Virus record (IMG/VR): IMGVR_UViG_3300013101_000007
Span: 15,740 to 79,739 of that record
From: a virus
Direction: 5' to 3' (one strand)
DNA length: 64,000 nucleotides
Position 1 is the stretch's first letter, and every line of letters starts with the position of its first letter. The translations under genes were made by a program, and so were the position numbers. The notes beneath the pieces are model-generated. The model was not told the DNA's origin. It saw only the letters and a program-made list of their open reading frames with translations, and did no database searches. Below are positions 47,723-56,721 of the stretch, in pieces.

Positions 47723-47979
47723 TGTTAAAAGTTAAATGGGAGCGTAGAACAGCCACGTATTCTAATGGGTGGACTGGGGCGGTTGGGAAATGGAAAGTTG
47801 TATTTATTGATTTTGATGGATGCAAACCACCTGAAGGAAAATCCAATAAAGTAACCACAGTTTTACCGGGAGTAAAGATATTACTTGGGCATTATGAAAC
47901 GCATGAAGAGGCCGTAAAACGTGCTGAGAAGGTGGTCGCTTGGTGGTATGATAATCTGATTAACTATAAGGATGAATAG
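47722..47979 (+). CDS. Hypothetical protein
   Basis: TAATG coupling, GGAGG RBS. Confidence 0.55.
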   Translation: MLKVKWERRTATYSNGWTGAVGKWKVVFIDFDGCKPPEGKSNKVTTVLPGVKILLGHYETHEEAVKRAEKVVAWWYDNLINYKDE

Positions 47980-48099
47980 TTGTGAATGTAACTAACGAAG
48001 AACTAAGACAGATAATGACTGCATGGGCAGGGTACGAAGTTGATATTGTTACTATACAAGAGTTGGCAGAATTATTTTTTGAATAAAGTAAAATAAGAT

Positions 48100-48127
48100 T
48101 TGACAATTAAAATTATACGTGTATAAT
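48100..48127 (+). promoter_or_regulatory. Early promoter cassette
   Basis: TTGACA attaaaattatacgtg TATAAT. Confidence 0.85.
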
Positions 48128-48164
48128 TAAGCTCAACATCAACGAACACAACGGATTAAATATC

Positions 48165-48401
48165 ATGGCTAAAATCACAAAAACCCAACTTCAAGATCAA
48201 ATGGATACCGTAAAATATGCGGCTGGTAACATTATGCCATGTGTGAATGACACCGAAAAAAACCGCGCTAAAGATTATTTGCGTACCGTGGGATTACAAT
48301 TAATTGAAATGTTAGAGGATGATCTGGCAAAACCCGCACTATCATTGGTCGCTAAAGCTGAATCAATGATTGACCGCAATGTTAAATTACTAGAATTATA
48401 A
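48165..48401 (+). CDS. Hypothetical protein
   Basis: First gene after promoter cassette. Confidence 0.6.
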   Translation: MAKITKTQLQDQMDTVKYAAGNIMPCVNDTEKNRAKDYLRTVGLQLIEMLEDDLAKPALSLVAKAESMIDRNVKLLEL

Positions 48402-48411
48402 GGGGGTTGTT

Positions 48412-48810
48412 ATGGGATGCTTTTCTTTTATGTGTAAAGAGTGTGGTGATGCTGTGTTGTCATCTAGTGAGCCTAATTCATCAAAAACAGATGAGGTTCA
48501 TTTATTCCTTCTTAAAGAGGGTACTGTTGTACAAACACTGGAAGGTCAATACGATTCATACGGTAGAGTATTTAAAGGCACTACAACGGACTCAGTACAC
48601 TGGGATATGCCTTGGTCTGATGTATGTGATTTGATGTTTGATAAGGATAAGGGTTCAGGTTTGGCGGCTGTACATAAACGGTGCTTTACTGGAAACGTGC
48701 CCACTACTCAATCAGATGATGACCCTAATCAGGGTTGGGGTGAAGATGATGCTGATGAATATGATTACTATGATTGTGAGGATGACGATTGTGAAGAGGA
48801 TGAATATTAA
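48412..48810 (+). CDS. Conserved phage protein (MG.FS...G.YDSYGRV) with acidic tail
   Basis: Motif and D/E-rich C-terminus. Confidence 0.6.
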   Translation: MGCFSFMCKECGDAVLSSSEPNSSKTDEVHLFLLKEGTVVQTLEGQYDSYGRVFKGTTTDSVHWDMPWSDVCDLMFDKDKGSGLAAVHKRCFTGNVPTTQSDDDPNQGWGEDDADEYDYYDCEDDDCEEDEY

Positions 48811-48976
48811 TGACCGGAAATGAAGAGTACATAGCTGGGGTGGAGCAGATGAATGAATGGGAATTACTTACTGAAGTTATAGAAAGTCCTGAGCATTTAT
48901 CTGACTCTTATTATTCTGTATTTGGTGATGCACTTCGTAAGCGATACGAGACCCTCAAACTACTCAATAAATAAAT

Positions 48977-49004
48977 TTGACAATAGAAATTATACGTGTA
49001 TAAT
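48977..49004 (+). promoter_or_regulatory. Early promoter cassette
   Basis: TTGACA atagaaattatacgtg TATAAT. Confidence 0.85.
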
Positions 49005-49039
49005 AAGCTACACACTTACAAACAAACGGATTAAACCTT

Positions 49040-49348
49040 ATGATGCTTTTAACTAAAAAAATCAAGAAAACAATGCCAGCTTTATATTCCACTGACGGTG
49101 TGGAGGTTTGCAATAAACAGGTGGCGGTTAAATTCTTTACACCTTGGACTAATTGGACTTGGTTTGTTTTTGAGGGAGAAGAGCAAGAAAATGGGGATTG
49201 GGAGTTTTTTGGAATGATTCACGGACAGACTAAAGAAATGGGTTATTTCCGATTATCTGATTTAACCTCATTACGGGGGCCTTTTGGATTAAAGATTGAA
49301 CGTGATCGCTCAGTATCATTCGATACTTATAATGAGGGGAAACTATAA
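49040..49348 (+). CDS. DUF2958-family protein
   Basis: VKFFTPW..WTW...E....FFG.....EMGYF.L.DL......L.IERD. Confidence 0.75.
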   Translation: MMLLTKKIKKTMPALYSTDGVEVCNKQVAVKFFTPWTNWTWFVFEGEEQENGDWEFFGMIHGQTKEMGYFRLSDLTSLRGPFGLKIERDRSVSFDTYNEGKL

Positions 49349-49581
49349 TGCTTAAAACATCAATTGAATTAGTGATGGACTTCAAAGACCACGGCAAAAT
49401 AACCATACCTAAAGGTACTTCCGTGACTCATCAAACCGCACTAGGTAATGACCCTGAGTATAATTTTATAAATGATTTTAGCTGGATGGTATACCCAGAT
49501 GGAAAGAAGAAACACAGCCTTATACATGATGCAAAGTATTACGGTATTGACGTACCTGAAAGCTGTGTGGAGGATGTATGA
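49348..49581 (+). CDS. Hypothetical protein
   Basis: Coupled ORF. Confidence 0.55.
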   Translation: MLKTSIELVMDFKDHGKITIPKGTSVTHQTALGNDPEYNFINDFSWMVYPDGKKKHSLIHDAKYYGIDVPESCVEDV

Positions 49582-49847
49582 CTGGTTTTAAGGTACTTAA
49601 AGAGAAATGCAACCAATGCTTATTTTCTGCTGACAAGATTGTATCTAATAAAAGAAGAACTGAAGTATTACAAGAGTGTAAGCAGAATGACTCACATTTT
49701 AATTGCCATAAGTTTCGGGATGTTTGTTGCAGAGGGTTTTTTGACACTCAAGATAGCCAGATGATACAGATAGCAAAACGGCTTAATGTGGTAAACTTTG
49801 TTGAAGAAAATGATAACTCATTAACCAGAAGAATACCAAAGGATTAA
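49578..49847 (+). CDS. Cys-rich putative Zn-binding protein
   Basis: CNQCLFS...FNCHK...CRGF; resembles part of 51295..51909. Confidence 0.55.
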   Translation: MTGFKVLKEKCNQCLFSADKIVSNKRRTEVLQECKQNDSHFNCHKFRDVCCRGFFDTQDSQMIQIAKRLNVVNFVEENDNSLTRRIPKD

Positions 49848-49852
49848 GTACA

Positions 49853-50143
49853 ATGGCTAAAACAATATTAACCAAAATCTTGCATACCAGACAAGAGTTT
49901 TTAAAATCTCACACATACCGGCCTACAAAATTACACGTAAGTAAATATTTTCTAAATGAACTCAATATATTCTTTGCCATGCAACATAAAAAGAAACGAA
50001 TCTCAGAAGAGAATAGGGTAATGAGCCCACACTTATTACCGGCCTTTGTAGAACTACCTTTAGTTTATTATGGGGATAATGTTCTTGGTATGACTCTTAA
50101 AGAACCACTACCAGATTCAGCTGACCAATTGGTTCTTAGATGA
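49853..50143 (+). CDS. Hypothetical protein
   Basis: ORF in operon. Confidence 0.5.
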   Translation: MAKTILTKILHTRQEFLKSHTYRPTKLHVSKYFLNELNIFFAMQHKKKRISEENRVMSPHLLPAFVELPLVYYGDNVLGMTLKEPLPDSADQLVLR

Positions 50144-50517
50144 GGGCGGTATTGTATTCAAGTATTGATCTTGAACCGATTACCATACTACACCTTCAAC
50201 AATTCGCTGTAGATCATCTAAAACGAAATAGGCGGGTGATGTTACCGATATTTGAAACTCAAGCCATAAGACCACACTCAGCTAGTTTAATGACTAAAGC
50301 AGTAAACCTAAAGACCGTGGAGATAAGAGCAGAAACACTTTACATTTATGGCAAGGAAACCATGATGCTTTTTACTTATGATGATGAAAGCGCATTGTTG
50401 CTGAAGTCTGTATTTCTGGCGGGGCAACAAAAAGAATTAAGAGCCATAAAAGATGATGCTGTAATTGAAGGAGTATTATTAACATTACATAAACTTGGAT
50501 TTGATAAGGGGGATTAA
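50140..50517 (+). CDS. Hypothetical protein
   Basis: ATGA overlap. Confidence 0.55.
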   Translation: MRAVLYSSIDLEPITILHLQQFAVDHLKRNRRVMLPIFETQAIRPHSASLMTKAVNLKTVEIRAETLYIYGKETMMLFTYDDESALLLKSVFLAGQQKELRAIKDDAVIEGVLLTLHKLGFDKGD

Positions 50518-50644
50518 TGTATACATTGATGGTTTATAAAGGTGATGGTTTGAGAAGCAAACCGTACCGGACTAATAATAGTTATGATTACTTGAGTGTA
50601 TTGGCTCAAGGATTTCCACCTTCTTATATCTGGACAATAAATCC

Positions 50645-50830
50645 ATGCTAATAAATATAACCGATAATATGTATTTGGGGACTGATGCACTCATAGAGGA
50701 TTGTATTGCTATGGCTAGGAAGCTGGACAATGGCGTATGGTGCTGGGATGACTCAAAAGATCAATTTCTGGAAGTGTACCCTGAGTCAACTGTAGAATCT
50801 GTCTATAAATATTATGGATGGTCTGAATAA
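50645..50830 (+). CDS. Hypothetical protein
   Basis: Small ORF in operon. Confidence 0.45.
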   Translation: MLINITDNMYLGTDALIEDCIAMARKLDNGVWCWDDSKDQFLEVYPESTVESVYKYYGWSE

Positions 50831-50845
50831 TAACTGGAGTAAAAA

Positions 50846-51295
50846 ATGACTACAATGATGCAAGCAATGTTGGATGCTGGAGTAGAGCAACCAAAAGTAG
50901 GAACTGTTATGTGTAAGTATTGTGGTGGAAGAGCCGCACTTGTAACCGGAAAAAAGATATACCCTCATAGATCGGATTTATTCAAACTGAACTTCTATGA
51001 GTGTGAACCTTGTGATGCTAGGGTGGGTTGTCACAAAGACAGTGAAGAACCGTTAGGGGAATTAGCCAATTCTGAATTACGTGGGTGGAGGATACAAGCA
51101 CATAATGCCTTTGACCCTATATGGAAGAAAAAAGAAATGTCCAGAAATAAAGCGTATGCTTGGTTACGAGGTGCAACCGGTTTATCTGTTCATCAATGTC
51201 ACATAGGTTCAATGGATAAAGAATTGTGTAAGCTGGTAATAAAGTGCTGTAAAAACCGGTGCAATCAATTGCAATGCAACAAAGGTACACAGTAA
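50846..51295 (+). CDS. DUF3268-like zinc-finger protein
   Basis: CKYCG...CEPCDARVGCH...PLG.LAN..LR..R..AH..FD.IWK...AY.WL...CHIG. Confidence 0.75.
   Translation: MTTMMQAMLDAGVEQPKVGTVMCKYCGGRAALVTGKKIYPHRSDLFKLNFYECEPCDARVGCHKDSEEPLGELANSELRGWRIQAHNAFDPIWKKKEMSRNKAYAWLRGATGLSVHQCHIGSMDKELCKLVIKCCKNRCNQLQCNKGTQ
51260..51273. repeat. Dispersed palindrome, locus 14
   Basis: TGCAATCAATTGCA in CDS. Confidence 0.9.
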
Positions 51296-51909
51296 TGAAT
51301 AAAAAAATAAACTGCAAACATAATGACCGTGGCGCGTGGTGTACTTGCACTAAAGTTAAAAAATCTATATTTGGGTTAGGTGCAAGATTATGCACTGAGT
51401 ATTATGAATCAGATAATACTTGTGAGTTTCAAGTAAAACATCCACGACCAAAAGCACCACCTCCACCACCTTTACCTTTTAATATCCAAACCCCATTAGT
51501 CCCTAGAATGAAAGAAGTAAAAGTATGTTCTAAGATGTGTGATGATTGTCCTTTTTCTAAGAAGTCTATAAGAGGATTTCTGGCAACATATACCATTGAC
51601 CAGATACAGCAATACATTACCTCAAGTGTATTTTTTGTTTGTCATAAGTATATCAAGGCAGACATGGACAATGATAGCTGTATGAAAGCCGTATTGAATG
51701 GTGAGTTGCCGATGTGTAGAGGGTATATGGAATGTATGGTAAAAAGTGCTATCGTGCCTAGAAACGCAGATTTGGCGGTTATTCGATCAGTAATAAAACA
51801 TGAGTTATCTGATGATAGTATGAGTATGATGGAATTCAGACAACACCATGACCTTTTGTATAGCCCAAAACCTTTTAATCCACCGGTAAAAAAAGATGAC
51901 AGAGAATAG
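51295..51909 (+). CDS. Cys-rich protein
   Basis: CDDCPFS...FVCHK...CRGY; poly-Pro linker. Confidence 0.55.
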   Translation: MNKKINCKHNDRGAWCTCTKVKKSIFGLGARLCTEYYESDNTCEFQVKHPRPKAPPPPPLPFNIQTPLVPRMKEVKVCSKMCDDCPFSKKSIRGFLATYTIDQIQQYITSSVFFVCHKYIKADMDNDSCMKAVLNGELPMCRGYMECMVKSAIVPRNADLAVIRSVIKHELSDDSMSMMEFRQHHDLLYSPKPFNPPVKKDDRE

Positions 51910-52096
51910 ATACACTTTGCATGTATTACCTAAAGTTCCCACTAAATGCCCACGGGATAAGTGTGTATACAATCAAGAGGGTGTGTGTGATGATGTGAGC
52001 ATAAACAAAGGCAACAGTGATTCAACTTGTTACAGAAAGAGCAATAAGTTTATGATGGAGTTTTTTAGGTTTATGTGTAAAGATAAAAAGATTTGA
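51896..52096 (+). CDS. Small Cys-rich protein
   Basis: C....C.YN..G.C. Confidence 0.5.
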   Translation: MTENRYTLHVLPKVPTKCPRDKCVYNQEGVCDDVSINKGNSDSTCYRKSNKFMMEFFRFMCKDKKI

Positions 52097-52120
52097 CAAT
52101 TAAAATTATACGTGTATAAT
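52093..52120 (+). promoter_or_regulatory. Early promoter cassette
   Basis: TTGACA attaaaattatacgtg TATAAT. Confidence 0.85.
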
Positions 52121-52154
52121 AAAGCTCACACTTAACAACAAACGGATTAAACAA

Positions 52155-52436
52155 ATGTCAAACTTAAATCAAGAATCACAAGATGAATTAAAAGCTGCCA
52201 TTAACACGGTAATGAAACACCTTAACTACATGGGTGTTAAAGAAGCCGATATTGGTAAATTAATATCTGACACAGTTCAAAGAGAACACCGCACCATACA
52301 ACAAACATTCTGGAGAACCATTAATGAGGCCGCAACGGATTACGGACGGTATGCCTCTGTAGACCTTCGTAACGAGGGTTCGCGTGTATGGTGTAACAAT
52401 GTATCTGAAATTGAAACCACCATGCCTTTTATATGA
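52155..52436 (+). CDS. Hypothetical protein
   Basis: First gene after promoter cassette; HRTIQQ...DLRNE motif. Confidence 0.6.
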   Translation: MSNLNQESQDELKAAINTVMKHLNYMGVKEADIGKLISDTVQREHRTIQQTFWRTINEAATDYGRYASVDLRNEGSRVWCNNVSEIETTMPFI

Positions 52437-52771
52437 TAGCCACCGGTAATTACTGCCCATCTTGTTTAGGGTTTTATATGGATGATGACCTTACACCTGA
52501 TGACCTAAAAGAACTAACATTGGTAGGGGCGGTTGTATACTGCCCTAGAGGTTGCATGGATGATTACAATGATTCTGAAAGACAAGTATTAATGGATTCA
52601 GACGAGTTGGAAGTATCGACCCCACGAATGGAGGCGGCTTTTAATAAAAAGATGGATGAATTACAGTTGTTGTTATCTAAAGCAAATGATGTATCTGAAC
52701 AAATGCAACGGCTTAGTTTTACATACCAACACAGTAATGTATCCATAAAAGAATTTAACACTTTTACATAG
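52433..52771 (+). CDS. Hypothetical protein
   Basis: ATGA overlap; CxxC..CxxxC. Confidence 0.5.
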   Translation: MIATGNYCPSCLGFYMDDDLTPDDLKELTLVGAVVYCPRGCMDDYNDSERQVLMDSDELEVSTPRMEAAFNKKMDELQLLLSKANDVSEQMQRLSFTYQHSNVSIKEFNTFT

Positions 52772-52779
52772 GTCTACTT

Positions 52780-53145
52780 ATGAAACGTAAAATAGAGATA
52801 GATACTTGTTTGGTCTGTCCTCACAAAGCTCACAGAGGCGAGTTTGGCAAAATATCTTATGTACCTGTATGTGGTAAGGAGCAACGAAAAGAGTTACCTT
52901 ACACTACAGAAAAGAGCCATGGCATTGTTCACGCCTCGCCTACGGGCAAAATACCAGATTGGTGTACATTGACACCGGATAAACCTCCAATGCCTCTCTT
53001 AGTGCGTATAGGGGATGAAACGGTAGGTATATTTAACTCACCTAGAAAGGCGGCTAAATATCTGACTAAGAAACATCCTAACAAGAGTTACTCAATAGTG
53101 CCGGTGCATGTGTTTTTTGATACTGATTACAAAGAGGAAAAGTAA
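52780..53145 (+). CDS. Hypothetical protein
   Basis: CLVCPH...IPDWC. Confidence 0.5.
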   Translation: MKRKIEIDTCLVCPHKAHRGEFGKISYVPVCGKEQRKELPYTTEKSHGIVHASPTGKIPDWCTLTPDKPPMPLLVRIGDETVGIFNSPRKAAKYLTKKHPNKSYSIVPVHVFFDTDYKEEK

Positions 53146-53330
53146 TGGCTGTAATAATTTATACCCACGTAAAAAGTAAAAAGGATATTCTTACTTGGGA
53201 TTCTACTACCGGTACAATGGTATGGGATGTAACTCATAAGGATGGATTAAAAAATTACTTGGGTGATGATGACTCAAAAATTCAAATAATGTGGGAGGAC
53301 GACTCACCCACTATGTACCACGGGTGGTGA
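53145..53330 (+). CDS. Hypothetical protein
   Basis: Coupled ORF. Confidence 0.45.
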   Translation: MAVIIYTHVKSKKDILTWDSTTGTMVWDVTHKDGLKNYLGDDDSKIQIMWEDDSPTMYHGW

Positions 53331-53332
53331 TA

Positions 53333-53584
53333 ATGAATACTTTACAAAGTGAATGGGAATCCTATAGAAAGGGGGTTATGAGTAAAGATTGCGATAAAGT
53401 CCAGATAACGGAAACTGAACAAGCATTTTTTGCCGGTGGAATAGCCACCATGACCTTAATACAATCCTTTGCTGAATACCCTGAAGAAACAGCAGTTAAT
53501 TTAGCTGAAGGATTGCATCAAGAACTATTGGCTTTCTTTACAGAAAAAGAAAAGCTATTAGCTGCATTGGAGAAAATAAAATGA
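53333..53584 (+). CDS. Hypothetical protein
   Basis: Q..E.EQAFFAG motif. Confidence 0.55.
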   Translation: MNTLQSEWESYRKGVMSKDCDKVQITETEQAFFAGGIATMTLIQSFAEYPEETAVNLAEGLHQELLAFFTEKEKLLAALEKIK

Positions 53585-53949
53585 TAAGTAATCCAGCAAC
53601 ATTTTTTATTGATGGCAATAAAGAATTAGCCTTTGAATATGAAGGTGGAAATGTTTTATACCATTTTTCAACCCGTGATAGTGGTCTTAGTATAAATATT
53701 GATATTAATGTAATATTTTTTGCCAATGACAAAGATCATGCTAAAGAGGTATTAGGTAGAATGTTATCCTTCAAATTGGGTTGCCTGACTACATACCGAA
53801 AACAAGACCCCGAAAAAAACAAAGTTGAAACCGATACCAGAATTGACCGAGTAACTGAATATCTTGAGCGCATGGCAGAATGGAAAATAACACTTGCACC
53901 TAGAAACCAGATGTATATTGTAGGATGGGCAGCTAATGATATTCTCTAA
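53581..53949 (+). CDS. Hypothetical protein
   Basis: ATGA overlap. Confidence 0.55.
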   Translation: MISNPATFFIDGNKELAFEYEGGNVLYHFSTRDSGLSINIDINVIFFANDKDHAKEVLGRMLSFKLGCLTTYRKQDPEKNKVETDTRIDRVTEYLERMAEWKITLAPRNQMYIVGWAANDIL

Positions 53950-54523
53950 AGATGATATTCACTATCAATTAGTTAAAAGCGTGTATAAGTTACGTGTAGC
54001 CAAAAGAACAGGCAGACTCTACATAGATCATATCAATGAAGGTTTAATCGTCTTAGACGCGCTCTCAGCCACTACAATAAGTAAACAGGCGTTCTGTTTA
54101 CATCCACTATTGCAAAGTGATAAAGAATTGCACAGGATGCTTCAATATAATCCAGATTTATTACTAAATTGCAGTCCAGTGTCAATAATAATTGCAATGG
54201 AGTACCGACAACACTTAAACAGGTTTTCCTCACAAACTGTAATTAATGCCAGAAGGAAAATATTAATTAGTTCACTAAAAAAGGTGATGGAAGAAACCCC
54301 CTATTTACGACCAATGGCAATAGCAGATAAAGTTCAGAATAGAAAAGATTTTCTTGCTTTCCATAAAGGTACTCACCCACGGTCTAAAGAATTGGATTAC
54401 TATTTTCAAACATGGCTCTATGATATACTTGAGGTTGATGAGGATAAGTACCAGCGTTTAGCCGGTGCAATTGATTGCAATAAGGCTACCAGTGAAAAAG
54501 ATAATAGAGGAAATGGGTTATAA
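53936..54523 (+). CDS. HD-fold-like phage protein
   Basis: YIDHINEG...LHPLLQSD...IADKVQN pattern reminiscent of HD/RelA-hydrolase-like fold. Confidence 0.45.
   Translation: MIFSKDDIHYQLVKSVYKLRVAKRTGRLYIDHINEGLIVLDALSATTISKQAFCLHPLLQSDKELHRMLQYNPDLLLNCSPVSIIIAMEYRQHLNRFSSQTVINARRKILISSLKKVMEETPYLRPMAIADKVQNRKDFLAFHKGTHPRSKELDYYFQTWLYDILEVDEDKYQRLAGAIDCNKATSEKDNRGNGL
54466..54479. repeat. Dispersed palindrome, locus 15
   Basis: TGCAATTGATTGCA in CDS. Confidence 0.9.
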
Positions 54524-54689
54524 GGTTCTGGATAAAGACTATTTTTTATACGTGTATTTAGGTGAAAGGTTTATTACTTTATTAAGTAAGGATATTGGTT
54601 CATGTTACTGGCATAGCCCGACAGGGGAAACAATGACCCCGCTTAATGTTGGTAAAGCATTGATGGACTTAGGTAGGCGCAAAAAATAA
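54513..54689 (+). CDS. Hypothetical protein
   Basis: GAGG RBS before ATG 54513. Confidence 0.45.
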   Translation: MGYKVLDKDYFLYVYLGERFITLLSKDIGSCYWHSPTGETMTPLNVGKALMDLGRRKK

Positions 54690-54692
54690 GAT

Positions 54693-54720
54693 TTGACAAT
54701 AGAAATTATACGTGTATAAT
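54693..54720 (+). promoter_or_regulatory. Early promoter cassette
   Basis: TTGACA atagaaattatacgtg TATAAT. Confidence 0.85.
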
Positions 54721-54752
54721 TAAGCTCAACATCAACCAAACGGATTAAAATT

Positions 54753-55178
54753 ATGTCTGCTTTCATCATATCAAACAACCACGCCCTTTTAATTGCCATT
54801 GCTCACCTGTCTGATTATACCCACGGTGGAGACAACACCATATTAAAATACCCGCGACCATTTGAAGTTATCAAAGAGGCTAGGGCTTTACTTGCGGAAA
54901 ATATAAAATCAGTCAATCACAGATACCCAGATAATGAGAATTTTGAGGAAACTAAGGCTATATTATCTGGACTTAATATTGACGAAAAAGGAATTAAATT
55001 ATTAATCCATAGAAGGGCTGCAATAGATATAATCAAACAAATACATTGTTATACTTATCAATCGTGTGAGCATGATGGATGGGAAACGTCTTGGTCTTAT
55101 GCTACCTGCAAAGAAACCACAGATAAATTAATCCCTCATATCGCTGGGTATGAATCTGCTTCATGGGGTATAGAGTAA
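54753..55178 (+). CDS. Conserved mobile-element protein (MSAF...EN..SV..RY...CY.YQSCE)
   Basis: First gene after promoter cassette; motif. Confidence 0.65.
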   Translation: MSAFIISNNHALLIAIAHLSDYTHGGDNTILKYPRPFEVIKEARALLAENIKSVNHRYPDNENFEETKAILSGLNIDEKGIKLLIHRRAAIDIIKQIHCYTYQSCEHDGWETSWSYATCKETTDKLIPHIAGYESASWGIE

Positions 55179-55186
55179 AATAAGAT

Positions 55187-55214
55187 TTGACAATTAAAAT
55201 TATACGTGTATAAT
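55187..55214 (+). promoter_or_regulatory. Early promoter cassette
   Basis: TTGACA attaaaattatacgtg TATAAT. Confidence 0.85.
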
Positions 55215-55247
55215 GAAGCTCAACATTAACCAAACGGATTAAACCTT

Positions 55248-55391
55248 ATGACTACTTCACTTTCAGACTCTTTAAAAAACGCATGGACTGAGCTACATTT
55301 TAACTTAGAGCGTAATTCCTGCCAAGAAACCATTACACGTTTAGAAAATAGAATTTCCGAACTTCAACAAAAAATAAAACAAGGTGAGTAA
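55248..55391 (+). CDS. 47-aa coiled-coil protein (below ORF-track cutoff)
   Basis: ATG after leader motif; MTTSLSDSLKNAW...QKIKQGE. Confidence 0.55.
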   Translation: MTTSLSDSLKNAWTELHFNLERNSCQETITRLENRISELQQKIKQGE

Positions 55392-55392
55392 A

Positions 55393-55617
55393 ATGGTTAA
55401 TCAACTTGTAATTACACGCTCCATTGATGGTTATAATTTCCTTTCACCTGTATTCAATACATTGGAAGAAGCAGAAAATGATAAAACGGCAAAACACCAC
55501 CATATTCAGAAAACCCGTAAAGCCCATGGAGACCCCGCTGACGGTTGGATGATTTGGTCTGATGGTAATTTTGGCTGGTATGAAACTGAAGCAAGAAAGG
55601 TAAAATCTAATGCGTAA
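55393..55617 (+). CDS. Hypothetical protein
   Basis: ORF in operon. Confidence 0.5.
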   Translation: MVNQLVITRSIDGYNFLSPVFNTLEEAENDKTAKHHHIQKTRKAHGDPADGWMIWSDGNFGWYETEARKVKSNA

Positions 55618-55710
55618 ATTAAATGTTCAGAATGTAGAGTTAGCGGTATCGCTTATTATTTTTCTGGTTGTGGTTGTAATCCATAACCATGTAACAAACC
55701 TACCCCCACT

Positions 55711-55893
55711 ATGAGAGGCAACGATAATGATTTGGTGGATGCCTTGAGAGTATTAGATCAAGTATTTCAAAACACCGAGAAACAAACAAAAACCCTAGTC
55801 AGAGCATTACAACAATTAGCTGATATACCAGATATGCAGATACCTAAAGTAAAGGCTGAACAGCCTTGGTACAGGATGAATCAGAAATGGTAA
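55711..55893 (+). CDS. Hypothetical protein
   Basis: Small ORF. Confidence 0.4.
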   Translation: MRGNDNDLVDALRVLDQVFQNTEKQTKTLVRALQQLADIPDMQIPKVKAEQPWYRMNQKW

Positions 55894-56135
55894 TTGAAGA
55901 AGGTAAACATTACAAAACAAAAAACGGCTTTCCTGTATTAATTCATAACTATCAGGGCAAAGGAACCTTCAGTATTAAGGGTTCTATTTACAAGAAGCAC
56001 CGAGGTAGGCACAATAACCCACGCTATGAGATATGGCAACCCAATGGAATGAACAGGGCTATAGAGGCGTGTGAGTGGGACTTAGTGGAGATATGCACCG
56101 CTGAGATAAACGATCTTTTTGAACGGAGGAAATAA
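55887..56135 (+). CDS. Hypothetical protein
   Basis: GKHYKTKNG...W..NG.....DLV pattern. Confidence 0.55.
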   Translation: MVIEEGKHYKTKNGFPVLIHNYQGKGTFSIKGSIYKKHRGRHNNPRYEIWQPNGMNRAIEACEWDLVEICTAEINDLFERRK

Positions 56136-56428
56136 TGGATACTACGGACTTTGAAGAAAGAATGTCTAAGGATTCAGAGAGTAAACACTATGATTGTGTT
56201 TATGCAAGACCCTTGTTTATTCACTACTTCATGGAAGAAAAGAAAAAACATTTACCTGAAGGGGTGGAACTAATACCTTGGACTACAAACCGGTCTTTAT
56301 CTGTATTTCAATATAATAAATTTATTATAACCATAACTTATGAGTGCATTGAGGACGGTGGTGGTTCAGATGAATTAGATAGAGTATTAAACGAATTACA
56401 ACAACAGAGTAAAAAAAATGATAATTAA
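56135..56428 (+). CDS. Hypothetical protein
   Basis: GGAGG RBS, coupled. Confidence 0.5.
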   Translation: MDTTDFEERMSKDSESKHYDCVYARPLFIHYFMEEKKKHLPEGVELIPWTTNRSLSVFQYNKFIITITYECIEDGGGSDELDRVLNELQQQSKKNDN

Positions 56429-56720
56429 GATAAACACTGAAAATAAAAGTGAGATAGAAGAGGCACTTATTGTTCTGAATATGTTGATTTCAAAAATTCC
56501 AGAAGCACGTAAGGATAACCCTTTCTTAAAACAATCTATAGAAACCTTACAGCTACCAACAATGGTATTAAACGCTTTACTAACTGAAGGGATAAGGAGT
56601 ATTGACTTGCTTACTAGATATACCGAAACAGAATTATTCCATCTACCTAATATGGGAAAAAAGGGCATTGCTGAGATTAAGTCGGTGTTAGACAATAATA
56701 ACTTACAATTAGGGAGGTGA
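56418..56720 (+). CDS. RNA polymerase alpha-subunit C-terminal-domain-like protein
   Basis: SIETLQL...LNAL..EGI.SI..L...TETEL..LPNMGKKGIAEIK.VL....L.LG aligns with alpha-CTD. Confidence 0.8.
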   Translation: MIIKINTENKSEIEEALIVLNMLISKIPEARKDNPFLKQSIETLQLPTMVLNALLTEGIRSIDLLTRYTETELFHLPNMGKKGIAEIKSVLDNNNLQLGR

Positions 56721-56721
56721 T

